Assembly (NCBI RefSeq): GCF_009914755.1
Contig: NC_060936.1
DNA from: the human T2T-CHM13v2.0 reference genome, Homo sapiens
Length of the DNA stretch: 64,000 nucleotides
Strand: one strand, 5' to 3'
The notes beneath the pieces were generated by a model. The model was given only the letters and a program-made list of their open reading frames with translations, ran no database searches and had not been told where the DNA came from. The position numbers were made by a program, and so were the translations under genes. Within the stretch, counting starts at the first letter, position 1; the number at the start of each line of letters is the position of its first letter. Below, piece by piece: positions 17,705-34,172 of this stretch.

Positions 17705-20700
17705 GACCACATGAGATATCACCTCACACCCATGAGGATGGCTATAGTCAAAAGAAATTGAAAATAACAAATATTAGTGATGATAGGGAGAAACTGGAAC
17801 CCTTGTGTACCATTGGTGAGAATGTAAAATAGTGTAGCTGTTACAGAAAACAGTATGGCAGTTCTTCAAAACATTAAAAAGAGAGTTGAAAGCACGGCCT
17901 CAAAAAGAGACTTGTATACCTATTTTCATAGCATTATTCACAACAGCCAAAAGGTGGAAGCAACCGAACTGTCCACCGACAGCTATTTAGGTTTGTGAAA
18001 CAAAACCCAATCCAAGCCCACTCAAGCAAAAAAACAAAAATTCATTGGCTCAAATGAAAAAAAAGAAATCCAAAGATAGATGTTTCAGCCATAGCAGGAT
18101 CCAGGTGTTCAAAATGGAAGATTTCAACACATATCTTGCAGTAACTGAGTCTTTGAACAACACAATTTAAAAATCTGATTTAATAGATATATACAGAACC
18201 CAGTACCCAACAATTAGAGAACACACATTCTTCTCAATTACATATGAAACAGTTACAAAAAGTGACCACATTTCAGGCAGTAAAGTGTTTCAACAACTTT
18301 CAAAGACTCAATGTCATATAGATTATGATCTCTGATCAGAATGTAATGGAGTCGATAACAAAAAGAAAACAAAAAATGTTGACCTTAGAGAATGTGCTTC
18401 TCAATTTTAAAAAGAAGAACATGCTTCTATATAACATGAATCCAAGAAAAATCATAATGAAAATGTACAAATACTTACAATTGAAAATAATGAAAATGCT
18501 ATAAATTAAAGTTTATGGGATGCATCTAGTGAAGTACTTCAAAAAATGTATATTCTTAAATTTTTATATTAAAAATAAAGGCTAAAAATTAGTGAACTAA
18601 GTATCCAGGTTAGGAAGTTATAAATATAACAAAGTAAGCGCAAAGAAAGAAGGAAGGCAATAGTAATAGTAAAAAGAATATAAATTAATAGGCCGGTTGC
18701 AGCAGCTCATGCCTGTAATCCCAGCACTTTGGGAGGCCAAGGCAGGTGGATCACCTGAGATCAGGAGTTCAAGACCAACCTGGCCCACCTGGTAAAACCC
18801 CATCTCTACTAAAAATACAAAACATTGGCCGGGCATGGTGGCACACACCTGTAATCCTAGCTACTCGGGAGCCTGAGTCAGGAGAATTGCTTGAACCCTT
18901 GGAGGTGGAGGTTGCGGTGAGCCAAGACCATGCCATTGTACTCCAGCCTGGGCGACAAGAGCAAAAACTCCATCTCAAAAATATATATATTATATATATA
19001 TATATAATATATAATATATATTATAATATATGTATTATATATAATATATATAAATTATATATTATATATTATATATAAATTATATATAATATATAATATA
19101 TATAAATTATATATAATATATAATATATATAAATTATAATATATAATATATATAATATAATATATATTATATATATAAATAAATAAATAATTTTTTAAAA
19201 AATGAAATGTTGGTTCTTCAAGAAAAAATAATAACAGATGCAGGTCTCTGGTGAGATTGATCTAGTAAAGAGAGAGAAAAAGCACAAATGGAGAATATGT
19301 CTAAAAATACCTAAAAGAGAGATTTTAAAAGATAATGAAATACTATGAAAAACTTCATGACAATAAATTTGACAGTTTAGACTACATGGAAAATTATATA
19401 TGGAAAATTATATATTTTACAAAACTGGCTCAGAAAGAAACAGAAAACAAGAATAGTTCTAAAACGAAGAAAATTTGTCAGTAATTTAAAATATTTCCTC
19501 AAAGGAAAGAAAAAGATCTAGATAGAATTGTAAAAACTTACAGCAAATTTTCAAGAAACAGATAATTCCAATTTTATACAAGTGCTTCCGAAGAATTCCT
19601 GAGAGGAAATGTACCCGTTAATCTAATATAATTCCGATACCAAAACCAGACAGAAAATGAAAAAGGAAAGTTACAGGATAATCTTGCAAATAAATATATG
19701 TGCAAAAATCCTAAATATCGGAAAGCAAAACCTAGCTATATGTTCATGAAATATATCATTCATATATCGTATCGTAAACTATATCATATAATAAAATCCT
19801 TCATGGCCAATTTGGCTTATACCATGAACGTAAGATTAGCTTAACCTTTAAAAATCCTTTAATGTAAATTGTCACATTTTCAGATCAAAGGAAAAAAACT
19901 ATATGATCTTGTCAATGGATGAAGAAAAGGCATTGGATAGAATTCAACATTCATTTGTAATTTGTTTTAAAAAACAGAGCACACTTAGCAAACTAGGAAT
20001 AGGAGAAAAAAAATAGTTAACTTGATAAACGTGTCTACCTAAAACCTGTAACAGAAATCATAATTGCAGGTAAAATTTAGAAGTATTCCCTTTAGAGGAG
20101 GGAACAAAAGAAGGGTGCTCATTCTCACTTCTTCCATTCAAAATTGTACTGGATACCCCAGCCAATGCAATAATACGAGATGAATTAAACCAAGGTAGAA
20201 TGATTAAAATATGGCAACAAAATGAATTATTTGCAATGAATGTGATTATTCACATAGAAACTGCAAAGACTCTATAAATTATTAGAATAAATTAGGCAAT
20301 TTAGCAAGGTAATTGAATATAATAGTGATATAAAATTTAACTGTATTTATCTGCATCAACAACAAACAGAAATATAACATTTAAAATACTCAACAGGCCA
20401 GGCACAGTGTCTCACGCCTGTAATCCCAGTACTTTGGGAGGCCAAGACGGGCGGATCACTTGAGGTCAGGAGTTCGAGACCAGCCTGGCCAACACGGTGA
20501 AACTGCATCTCTACTAAAAATACAAAAATTAGCTGGGCTTGAACCCAGGAGGCAGAGGTTGCAGTGAGCCGAGATCATGCCACTGCACTCCAGCCTGGGT
20601 GACAGAGCGAGACTCCTTCTTAAAAAATAATAAATAATAAAATAAAATACTCAATGATGATGGCAAAATAAACTGGTAGCCAGAAATACAGATATTTTAA

Positions 20701-21660
20701 AAATAAGCAGAGCCTCAAGTGGAAAATTATACAACTATACAACTACCTTGAAAGACATTAAAGACATATTTATATCAAGAAAGACATTTCTCCCCAAATT
20801 GATTATATAAATATTCAGGCAATTTCAAATGAAATTCTAATAAAGTTTTTTGTGAAACTTGAAAAGCTAATTCCAAAAGAGAAAAAAGCCAAAGACAGCC
20901 ACGACATTTTTTGGAAAAGAAAAAGAAATCAAGACTTACCTTAGAAAACTATAGCAATTAAGATAGTACTTTATTGGTGCAAAAATATTAAAAATAGTTT
21001 AATTAAACAGAGTAGAGAGTGCAGACACAGTACTAGACATACGACAAAAGAAATATCACAGGTCACTAGGAAAAGTATACCCCTACTCTATAAACACCAC
21101 TAGGACAATAAGCTATCTGTAAAAAAATTTTTTTTAATTTGATTTCTACTTCACACTATTAAAAAATACAGCTCCAAATGGATTAAAGACTTAAATGTGA
21201 GACCGGGCATGGTGGCTCACACCTGTAATCCCAGCATTTTGAGAGACCGAGGCAGGTGGATCACTTGAGGTCAGGAGTTCAAGACCAGCCTGGCCAACAT
21301 GGCCAAACCCCATCTCTACTAAAAATACAACAATTAGCTGGGCTTGTGGTGGTGTGCACCTGTAATCCCAGCTACTCAGGAGACTGAGGCAGGAGAATCA
21401 CTTGAACTCATGAGGCGGAGGATGTAGTGAGCTGAGATCACACTACTGCACTCCAGCCTGGATGATGAGACTCCGTCTCAAAAAAAAAAAAAAAAAAAAA
21501 AAAGACTTAAATGTGAAAATAAAAGTCTAAATTTTTGAAGAAAATATGAATGACCTTGAGTTTAATAAAGGATTTCTAAACGAGTTATCATAAAGGAAAA
21601 CTGAGTTCTATGCTCAGATATATTTGGCAATATAAAAACTTCTACTTACAACGTCATAAA
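17705..21660 (+). mobile_element. Old L1M ORF2-derived fragments interrupted by Alus (18691-18980, 20396-20640, 21200-21503)
   Basis: A-rich degenerate L1 ORF2 motifs (gataccaaaaccagaca, gaattcaacattcatt, ttagcaaactaggaatagga). Confidence 0.75.
18981..19190. repeat. Complex (TA)n/(TAA)n AT-rich expansion in an Alu tail
   Basis: About 200 bp composed almost entirely of A and T. Confidence 0.95.
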
Positions 21661-22000
21661 CAGGGGACTTCACTTCTGGTTCTGATGAACTAGCCTGTAT
21701 CAGAATGTTCCTGGCAAAAGCAATTTGAAAAGATTAATAAATGCCCAAAAAATCTATCTGAAGGCATTGCAAAGATATCAAAGCAGCCAGGGCTTAAGAG
21801 GTTAAAGTTCTCTGAGCCCGCCGAGGTTAGTCTGACATTCTATGCCATCTTCTGCCAATTTGTCAATAGCACCAAGCTAAGAAACTGAGAAGAAAGTGGA
21901 TATAAGAGGTTGAGCTGTTTAGCAAAGCTTTCCACCATCACAACAGTACTGGAGAAGCAAAATAAGAGCTCAGGATCTAACAAGGAGAAAGGTCACAGGT

Positions 22001-22358
22001 TGCATTAGTCTGTTTTCACACTGCTATAAAGAACTACCCGAGACCGGGTAATTTATAAAGGAAAGAGATTTAATTGATTCACAGTTCCGAGTGGCTGGGG
22101 AGGCCTCAGGAAACTTACAATCACGGTAGAAGGTAAAGGAGAAGCAAAGGCACATCTTACGTGGCAGCAGGAGAGAGAAGTGAGAGCACAGGAAAAACTG
22201 CTGCTTTTAAAACCATCAGATCTTGTGAGAATTTCCTCACTATCACAAGAACAGTATGGGGGAAACTGCCCCGTGATCCAATCACTTCCCCTCCTCCACA
22301 CGTGAGGATTACAGTTCGAGATGGGATTTGGGTGGGGACACAGAGCCAAACCATATAA
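22001..22358 (-). mobile_element. THE1D/MSTA-type MaLR solo LTR
   Basis: Reverse strand begins tatatggtttggctctgtgtccccaccc; TSD caggt/cagga. Confidence 0.88.
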
Positions 22359-22513
22359 CAGGAAAGCACACCCAGGCTTTCACTTGAATTTCAATGAAAG
22401 GGCTGTCCCTTTCACTGAAAAGGGCTATACGCCAAAAGTGAGGGCAAACCAGAAATAAGACGCCAAAAGTGAGGGCAAACCAGAAATAAGACAAACCTCA
22501 TGAAGACTGAACC

Positions 22514-23820
<1,307 letters not shown>

Positions 23821-23980
23821 TGTAATTTATAATATATGCATGTATGTGTGTGCAGATATGCATATATAATAAATATTTATATATTAATAATACGTGTACA
23901 TCACTACCCAGAGAAACCACTACAAAAACTATACAGAGAGATATTGAAAAATACTAGAAATAAATCAAAATGGAATCTCA

Positions 23981-24600
<620 letters not shown>

Positions 24601-25232
24601 TAGGCATTAGATGACTATATGCTAAATAAATGAATGAATGAATGAATGAATGAATGAGTGAATGGTTGAAGCCTCCATTATAACATGTCTTTTGTGAAAG
24701 GAGATGTGAATCCCAGATGCCTGAGATGAGGATATGTGGGCTTTTTTTATTGTCCTGAACTCCTCCCATTAAACCAGTGAAGCAAAGTGTAGGGTATGGC
24801 CATTCCCAGTGGGACACCAGGGAGCCAAGCTAAGTGCCAATACAATCTACTTATTGCTAGTGCTCTGATATCTTCAATCTTCTAGCACTAAACATTGAGG
24901 TCAATTCTCCAAGTGCCAAGGAGCCTCCCCCAGTCAAATTCAGTCACCTTTTGAAACTAACCCTTACTGATCCCTAAATGTCAGAGAAGGCATTTAAGCA
25001 CAGACAGCCACCACCCTAAGGAAGGCTTTCATTGTCGGGATATGTTGTAGAGAGTTTATCTAGTCCAAAACCTATGGCCATTTATTCTCAATTTTTCCAT
25101 GTCAATACAACCACTGTGGCCAGAGTCCTAATTTCAAATACGTAGTTCCCTTGTCTTCCTATGCATACTTGCCCAAATCTGGACACCAGAATACTAAGCC
25201 CGGCCCCAATCTCTAAAAATGCCATTACCTAT

Positions 25233-25531
<299 letters not shown>

Positions 25532-25813
25532 TTACCTATAAAAAAGAATGCTTTGAGGTTAATCATCTGAATGGTTCCTTCAAGTCCTAAGACTGCTTGT
25601 CTTTAGACACCCTGATTTCTTAATAAACAATGATGTCTTTGACATTTATATGTCACTTTATTCATTCTCTCATTCATTTGCTTGATATTAAGTGGGTGTT
25701 TACTACATGCCAGGCACTGTTCTAATTCCTGGGATACAATAGTAAGGGAAGGTTTCTGCTTTGTGAGGCTTACATATTAGTGAGGAAGACGGATGCTGGG
25801 TAAATAATAGCAG

Positions 25814-25818
25814 TGATG

Positions 25819-25850
<32 letters not shown>

Positions 25851-25872
25851 GATGATGATTGTTGATGATGAG
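25814..25872. repeat. (GAT)n trinucleotide repeat within an L2
   Basis: Seen directly. Confidence 0.92.
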
Positions 25873-28240
25873 GAGGATAATAGTTGGAAAAGATTATTTC
25901 AAACAATATTAAGTGCCTGGGAGGGAGATGATGTGATAGTGACTTAGTGGCCACATTAGCTCATGTGCTAACAGGAGGCTTAGCTGAGCAGGCAACATGG
26001 GAGCTGAGGCCTGAATATCAAAAAGGAGCCAACCACATAAAGATCAGAAGGATGGTATTCCAGATGGCGGAAAGAGCATATGCAAAGGCCCTGTGGTGGC
26101 AACAAGGGTATTTAGAGGAACAGAAGGAAAAAAAAAAAAAAAAAGACCAGTATGTCTCCCAATATCGAAAGTTCACTAAGTGTCCAGAATAATATTTTCT
26201 GTCTCATGGTTTAAGCTGAATTCTCCCAAATGTTTGGGAATTAGGAAAGGGCGTTCATTCTTGTAAACACATAACACCTTCTCCATTATTCTTTTCATGA
26301 GTTCAGGTTTTGATAGCAACTATTCTCAAGTTTCCACCCTCTAATTTGAAGCATCCCGATGGCTCTGGCTTACCTCATGCCACCTCAAATCCTCTTGATA
26401 AAAGTCACTTTGTCCTTTTAAAGCCTCCAACAACTAAGACTTACTGAGTGCTTATCACGTGCCAGGCACTGTGATAAGCAATTTACATGCACTGTCTCCT
26501 TTAATCATCACAACAACTGCATTAGAGTTGGCATTATTGTCCCCATTTTATAGGCAAGAAAACTGAGGCTCTCACAGACTGACTTGTCCGAGGTCACCCA
26601 AATGAGAAGCCAGGGGACGGGGATTTGACTTATCCAGGCATGTGCCCTGCCATTTTTGGCTACCATTATCCCAGACATGAGTAGGTGACCTTTGGCCTAA
26701 GTTAGTTTCTAAAATCATGGAGGATCCCAGAGAGTCCTCAGGCCTTTCTAAGGTAACTTACAATTCTGCTGATACTGTTCCTAAAAGCCATTTGGGACCA
26801 GACCCAGGTTGGCTCCATCTGAATCTCAAGGGAGGATTTTAATAAACAAAGATCCTAGGATTAGAACCCAGGCTAAAAATACATCTTCCCCTTTTGAAAA
26901 GCTCCCCCTGGTGACTTTGGTGAGCAGCCAGGAAGAGCACTGGCCCATCTAACCCGACCTCCCTAGCCTACACAACATCTTCAGAAAAACTTTCAGAGAC
27001 CGGAATTCATCACATCCCAATTTTAGCCTTAATATTGGAAACTTCTTTCTTTGTTGCCTGAACTCTGCTCTTCTCAAACTTGGGCTGCCTAAAAAGAAAC
27101 GGAAGTCATCCAAGGCCATAAGATTGAAAATTCTTATAAACAATTTCACATCCTATTTCCTGAAACTGATGTTTTGTTTTGGTTTTTGTAAGGAACACAA
27201 ACCAACCAACCCAGCACCTCAGAGTGCGAGTCATAAAGAAACATACTTGTTGTCCCTCATCAGATTCACTGTGCAAAAAGATCAAAGAGACAGAAAGAAC
27301 AGAGATGTGAAAAGGGAGGCTGGAGAAGGAGGTAGTTGACTATGATAGAAAGAAATGAGAGGGAGAATGGGTTAAATATTGGGATCTGTGGCTCTTTTAA
27401 AAACCCACTTTCAATCTTTCACAAAAGAACAAGAGAAAGAATCATCCCTTAGCAAAATCATGTCGAACCTTCCTTGGCCAAAAAGATGCAGGAAAGTTTT
27501 AATTCTTAATGCACAAAAATTCCCTAGGAGCCCAAGAAGAGCTTTCTTGCTGGATTGTGATAGAAAGCCCACTCCTTCATGTATAATTGAAGACATTTAG
27601 GATGACATTACAACCCCTCCTGCTTATACACGGATCTGCCTCCCATCCCTGGCTAATGTGCAGCGCTCCCAGGAAGCTCTCTTAAGCAATTAAAAATGGT
27701 CCATTCTGCTGCCGAGCAAGAGTCTGAGCTCATCCCAGCCTCTGCGTGATCGGCACAACACATTCAGGAATCATTCACTTCAAGCATGCTCATTCTTCAA
27801 ACTGTTCCCAAACCACACTTGCTAAATATGTAGGTTAGGGTCATCTTTTTTCCCAAATAACACAAATAACAAAATGATTGTTTTTGATAAGCATTTCCTC
27901 TTAATTTGTCCAGTTGGTTTCTAATTTACCAAGTATAGGAAATAAAACTAGATTATGTGTGTTCCCTACCCTTCGGGAACAATTTGCTTCTGAAAGTTTA
28001 ATGCTAGAATCCCCATCTTCCACGTAGGAAACCTAATTTAATTCATAGCAAATATTGCACCAGAGTGTTATTTTGCATTACAACTGTGATATACACCGTC
28101 TCCAAACAATGGGGGAGTGGGGAGGGAAGGCAGGAACAGTTACCTTTTTAGGTTGTATAGTTTAAAGTAGTTATTAAAAGTGTGGTCCACAGACCAGTGG
28201 CACCTGAGAGCTTGCAGAAATACAAAATGCTGCTTTAGAG

Positions 28241-28458
28241 CAGTGATGCCCAACAAGGGTGATTTTGCCCCTTAGGGGACATTGGGCAATGTCTGGAGAC
28301 ATATTTGGTTGTCTCAACTGAGGATGGGGGTGCTACTGACATGAAGTGGGTAGAGGCCAGGAATGCCACTCAGCCTCCTACAAGGCACAAGACAGGCCCC
28401 CACAATAAATAATTCTCCTGCCCCCAAATGTCAACAGTCTTGAGGTGGAGAAACCCTG
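28241..28458 (+). mobile_element. MER20 hAT-Charlie element
   Basis: gattttgccccttaggggacattgggcaatgtctggagac...gagaaaccctg; 8-bp TSD ctttagag/atttagag. Confidence 0.88.
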
Positions 28459-29280
28459 ATTTAGAGGAAAGTGAATGGGAAATCGTGGGGTGTGAGGGAA
28501 AGTGAATGGGAAATAGTGGGTTGGGAGTAGGGAGAGTAAAAAGAAATTGCTTCAACCTGCTAAATAATAGAAGTAATAGTGAGTCATGGAATTGGGCTGT
28601 GATCATGGAAGTTGTGTACCCATAAGGAAGTCACTTACCCTTTCTTGATTTCATTTTACACATTTATAAAATGAAGGGGAAAAATAAAATTAAGCCAAAA
28701 AGAATTACTATCTACAAGGTTCTTTTCGGGATAGACGCATTATAATTTAGGTAGTCTTTTGCAAACTTGAGTAATCTATAGATCACCTTCACTATGTTTT
28801 CCATATCTGAGTGCCATCTCTGTTAGTTAAGGTTTTACTTTAACTATTTTGTGTTTTTAAACTGTATTTTAAGAGAAAATTTTATGTCACTGCCATTAGT
28901 TTAAAGCCACTTCTACTTCACAAAACTGGAAGTAAACACAATTAATAGACATCCATGTTATTAAATTCTAGCTAGGTAACATTGTCCCCCAAGACTTTGA
29001 GACTCAGGCCAGCCCCCTCTTGATCAAAAGGAGATGAATGAAGGTTAGAAGGCTAAGGGTATATTTGCACCAACTTGAGACTTTCTGTACCACCTTAAAT
29101 GGTCTTACATTCCATCAGTGGGATGCATCTACCCTTTGGAAAATCACGGTATGGAGATTGAGTGGGCAGACTTTGGAACAGATCCATTTGGGTCCAAGAC
29201 TCAGCTCCACCATTCATTGGCTGTTGGATATTAGGCAAGTGATTTAACCTTGGTAAGCCCCAGTTTCTCATTGGGAGTTA

Positions 29281-29856
29281 GTAATAGAACAGCCACTGAG
29301 ATGGCCCCAGTGATCCCCACCTTCAGACATTCATGCCCTTGCATAATCCCCTTCCCTTGAGTCCCCTTGAGGGTGTGCTGGACTTAGCACTTACTGATTT
29401 GCTTGTAACCAATAGAATACAGCAATAATGATGGGATGCCACTTCTGAAATTAGGTTGCGAAAGAATCTCTCTCTCTCTCTCTTTCACTCCTCTCTCTCT
29501 GTCTGCTCTGGTTCTCCAAAAACAAGCTGCCATGCTGTGAGTACCCTTATAGAGGCCCACATAGCAAGGAATTAAAGTCTCCAGCCAAAAGTCACCAAGA
29601 ACATGAGGCCAACCACAGCTATGTGAGTAAGCTTGGATGTGGATCTGCCACCCACACCACCCAATCAAGCTTTGCAATGGCTGCAGCTCCAGCCTTGCGA
29701 GAGATCCTGAGTCAGAGATATCGATCTAAGCTGTGCCCAGATTTCTGACTCACAGAAACTATGAGATATTACCTACATGTGAGATGATACATATTTGTTG
29801 TTTCAAGCTGCTAAGTTTGGGGATAATTGGTTATGCAGCAATAGATAACTAATGTA
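29281..29856 (+). mobile_element. MLT1E/F MaLR LTR inserted in a MIR
   Basis: gatggccccagtgatccccac...taagtttggggataattggttatgcagcaatagataactaat. Confidence 0.8.
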
Positions 29857-30093
29857 GCTACTGTGAAGGTTATACAAGATAATGGCCCCCCATTCAAAGG
29901 AAAAGTCATACTGGAAACACTATTATACAATGTGGAGAAAATCCACAATAGCTGCTAGTATTAATCAATGAATTCCACTATGAATATGAATGGACAACCA
30001 AGGATCCTCAGACATTTGTGAACTAAGATGAACAAATAACACAACTGAACTTCAACCAAAAAAAGAGAAGCTATAAAAGAAAAAAAATAATGT

Positions 30094-30758
<665 letters not shown>

Positions 30759-30779
30759 CAAGATATTCATTTTAAAATA

Positions 30780-33480
30780 ATAATTAGTGTTGACAATTAT
30801 AAGGTCTACAGAAAAGACATTATCAGAAAATAGGAAGGCCCTCTAAAAAATTAAAAGTCATACTACCTAAATTTTTAATTTGGTGCACAGCCTGGAAAAT
30901 TGTCAAGAACCTAAGGGGAAAAGACATGCAAAATATAAACACTAAGAGACACAAAAGACAATCCAGCAGATTCAAAATTTATTTAATAAGAGACCCAGAA
31001 AAAGAGGAACAGAAAATAGAAGTGATAAAAATAATTACCAAATAATAGAATAATTCTCAACTCATGCAGAAAAGATAACAAAATCCAACAGTTATAAATA
31101 ATTTTTACATTAATAAGCTAATGGAAACTTTCTTAATATGATTTTTAAAAAGCCAAAACAACTACAACAACTGATTATAAGACCTCACTCTGAATCACCT
31201 AGGTTTACTTATGTCTATTCTGGCCAAATGTGAATGATATTCATGTAAAGCTATATTTTAAAATTATAACAAAACTTCAATTAAAAAGTAAATTAACATT
31301 TTCTTTAAAAATCTATCACAAATAGATTTACTGGTGAAACTTTAGAAGCATCCTCATTAAAGTCAGTAACAAGAAAATAATATTTGCTTAACATTATAAA
31401 AATTATAATTAAGAAGAATAAATGATGTTTAAGAATAGGAAAAGAAGCTTCTTCAACCAATATGATTAGCTATACAGAAAATGTAAGAGAATCTATAGAC
31501 AAACTGTTAGAACCAATAAGCGTATCCAGAATATCAACATACAAATATCAGTATAATTTCTACATTCTAAGAACTACCAGTTAGAAAATGTAATAGAAAA
31601 AAAAAAATCCCACTTAAACAGCAAGAAAAACTATAATGACTATAATTATGAAGAAAATTATGAAACATTATTGAAATACATAGATGAAGCCTTGAATACA
31701 TACAGACAAATTTGGGAAGACTTAATAACTTTTCCATTTTTTTTCCATCCATGGAATACACGTTTGTGCTTCACGAAACTTACTTAAAGACAATATGAAT
31801 TGTCTATGCTAGTTTTTTAAATAAAAGCAATGGGGAACAACACACACTGGGGCCTAGAGGTGGGGGTGGGAGGGTGGGGGTTTTGGGGTGGGGGGAGGGA
31901 GAGCATCAGGAAGAACAGCTAATATACACTGGGCTTAATACCTGGGTCATGGGTTGATCTGTGCAGCAAACCACTGTGACAGATGTTTACCTATGTAACA
32001 AACCTGCACATCCTGCACATGTACCCCTAAACTTAAAAGTTGAAGAAGAAAAGTAGGGTTCACCCTATCAGATATTAATACATCATACAAATGCATAGCA
32101 ATAAAAAAAACATGCAGTAGTGGTGTGGGAAGTGGCTACTAGAGCCATGTATAATCATGGATGGTTTGGAGGAAACTATTAGGTTGGTTCAAAAGTAATT
32201 GTGGTTTTTGCCATTGAAAGTAATGCGAAACTGCAATTACTTTTGTTCCAACCTAATAACTCATTGTTTGAACAAAACTGAAAGTGGATCCCTGACTCAC
32301 ACCTTTACAAAGATGAGCTCCAAATTCCTTGAGGATGTAAATGTAAAATGTGAAACCAGAAATCTAATAGAAGCAATTGTCAGAGAATATTTTTGTGACT
32401 TCTAAATGAAGAATGACTTATTAAATAAAATTTAAAACCTATACCATAGGTGGAAAACTGGTGGTACATCAAAATTAAGGTTCCCTGTTTAAAGAAATAT
32501 CACATAGTTAACAGATAAATGATAGCCTGAAAGAAGGTATTTGCAACATATAAAAAACTGCACATTCTGCACATGTAACCCAGAACTTAAAGTATAACAA
32601 AAAAAATTAAAAAAAACAAGAAATTAACATCTAGAAAATAAAAGAAACAAAATCAACAAGAAAAGAAGAAAGCCCCAATAGAAATAGAAAAATTCAGAAG
32701 AATATATTGACAGAGAATTTACATATAGGGAAATCTGAATGGCTGAAAAGTAAATGAATAAATGTTCAATCTCACTAGTAATCAAAGAAATGCAAATTAA
32801 AACAATTAGATACTGATTTACTCCCATAAGACTGGCAAAAGCTGGAAAGCAAGCTAATAACAGGAATCTCCATGCATTCTGATGGGCATGTAAACAAGTA
32901 CAGTCATTCTAGAAAACAATCCATCAATAGTTAGTGAAAGAAAATCTGTGTATACCCTAGGACTTAGCAACCCTGCCCCTGAACATATGTACTCTATAGA
33001 AACTCTCACACAGAACTCTAACGTGGCATTTATAAGAATGTGAATTGCAACAGTGTTTGTGCTATAGGGAGCTAAAGACCACTAGATGTCCATTACTGAA
33101 GAAATGTAACAGCAAGTTGTAATAGATGCGTGCTTTGAAATACTATGCAACTGTTAAAAGGAATTAACTAGATGTACATATAGCAGCAAAAATACATCTG
33201 AAAATCATATTGCTTTTAAAAGGTAAGAAACAATGGTCTCTGTTACAAAACATTTTTTGTATCATTTAAGCACATATACACATAAAATAATGTATTGTGA
33301 TACACATGTAACCAGATACATACACCAAAGACATTTAAGTGGGTGCCTGAGATTGGGGTATGGAGGGGATAAAAAGAATCAAGCAAAAAACAAGGCCAGA
33401 GCCTTGAATGGACCAATGACAGTATGTAAAATGAAGTGAGGAATACCATTAACTAGCCCTTTGCACCTGAGATTAAAAAA
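30780..33480 (+). mobile_element. Old L1M/HAL1 fragments with inserted L1PA 3' ends (31830-32050; 32558-32615)
   Basis: Degenerate L1 motifs (atcaaagaaatgcaaattaaaac); younger 3' ends with ctgcacatcctgcacatgtaccc. Confidence 0.7.
32179..32256. mobile_element. MADE1 mariner MITE (palindromic)
   Basis: ttaggttggttcaaaagtaattg...caattacttttgttccaacctaa flanked by TA TSDs. Confidence 0.92.
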
Positions 33481-33811
33481 AAATGCATGTCACAAAGAAG
33501 AACAAAGGGCCAAGAATAGCGAAAAGGATACGAAGAAAGCAAGCATGAGGTTGGATTTGTCCTAGCAAATATCAAGGCTTTTAGTAAAGCTATAGAAATT
33601 AAGACAGGAGTGCAATAAAATCAAGTCTCAGGATGACACGTATGCAGTGGGCATGAAAAAAATGGTCTAAATTAGATCACAATGTTAGAGAACTCTAAAA
33701 ACAAAATAGATAAATTATATATTTACAAATAATCTAGATTAACTTGATGAAATTGAATGGCATATAATAGAAATAACAATAGCTATATGGTTACAATATG
33801 CTGTATCCTCT

Positions 33812-34172
33812 TGATATGGTTTGGCTGTGTCCCCACCCAAATCTCATCTTGAATTGTAGCTCCCATAATTCCCATCTGTATGGGAGGGACCTGGTGGGAG
33901 TTAACTGAATCATGGGGGCAGTTTCCCCCATAATGTTCTTGTGGTAGTGAATAAGTCTCACGAGATCTGATGGCTTTATAAGGGGTTTCCCCTCTTACTT
34001 GGCTCTCATTCTGTCTTGCATGTCACCATGTAAGATGTGGCTTTCGCCTTCCACCATGATTGTGAGGCCTCTCCAGCCACATGGAACTGTGAGTCCATTA
34101 AACCTGTTTTTCTTTATAAATCAGCCAGTCTCAGGTATGTCTTTATCAGCAGCATGAAAATGAACTAATACA
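33812..34172 (+). mobile_element. THE1B/C solo LTR
   Basis: tgatatggtttggctgtgtccccacccaaatctcatcttg...gaactaataca; TSD cctct/cttct; ATTAAA intact. Confidence 0.93.
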
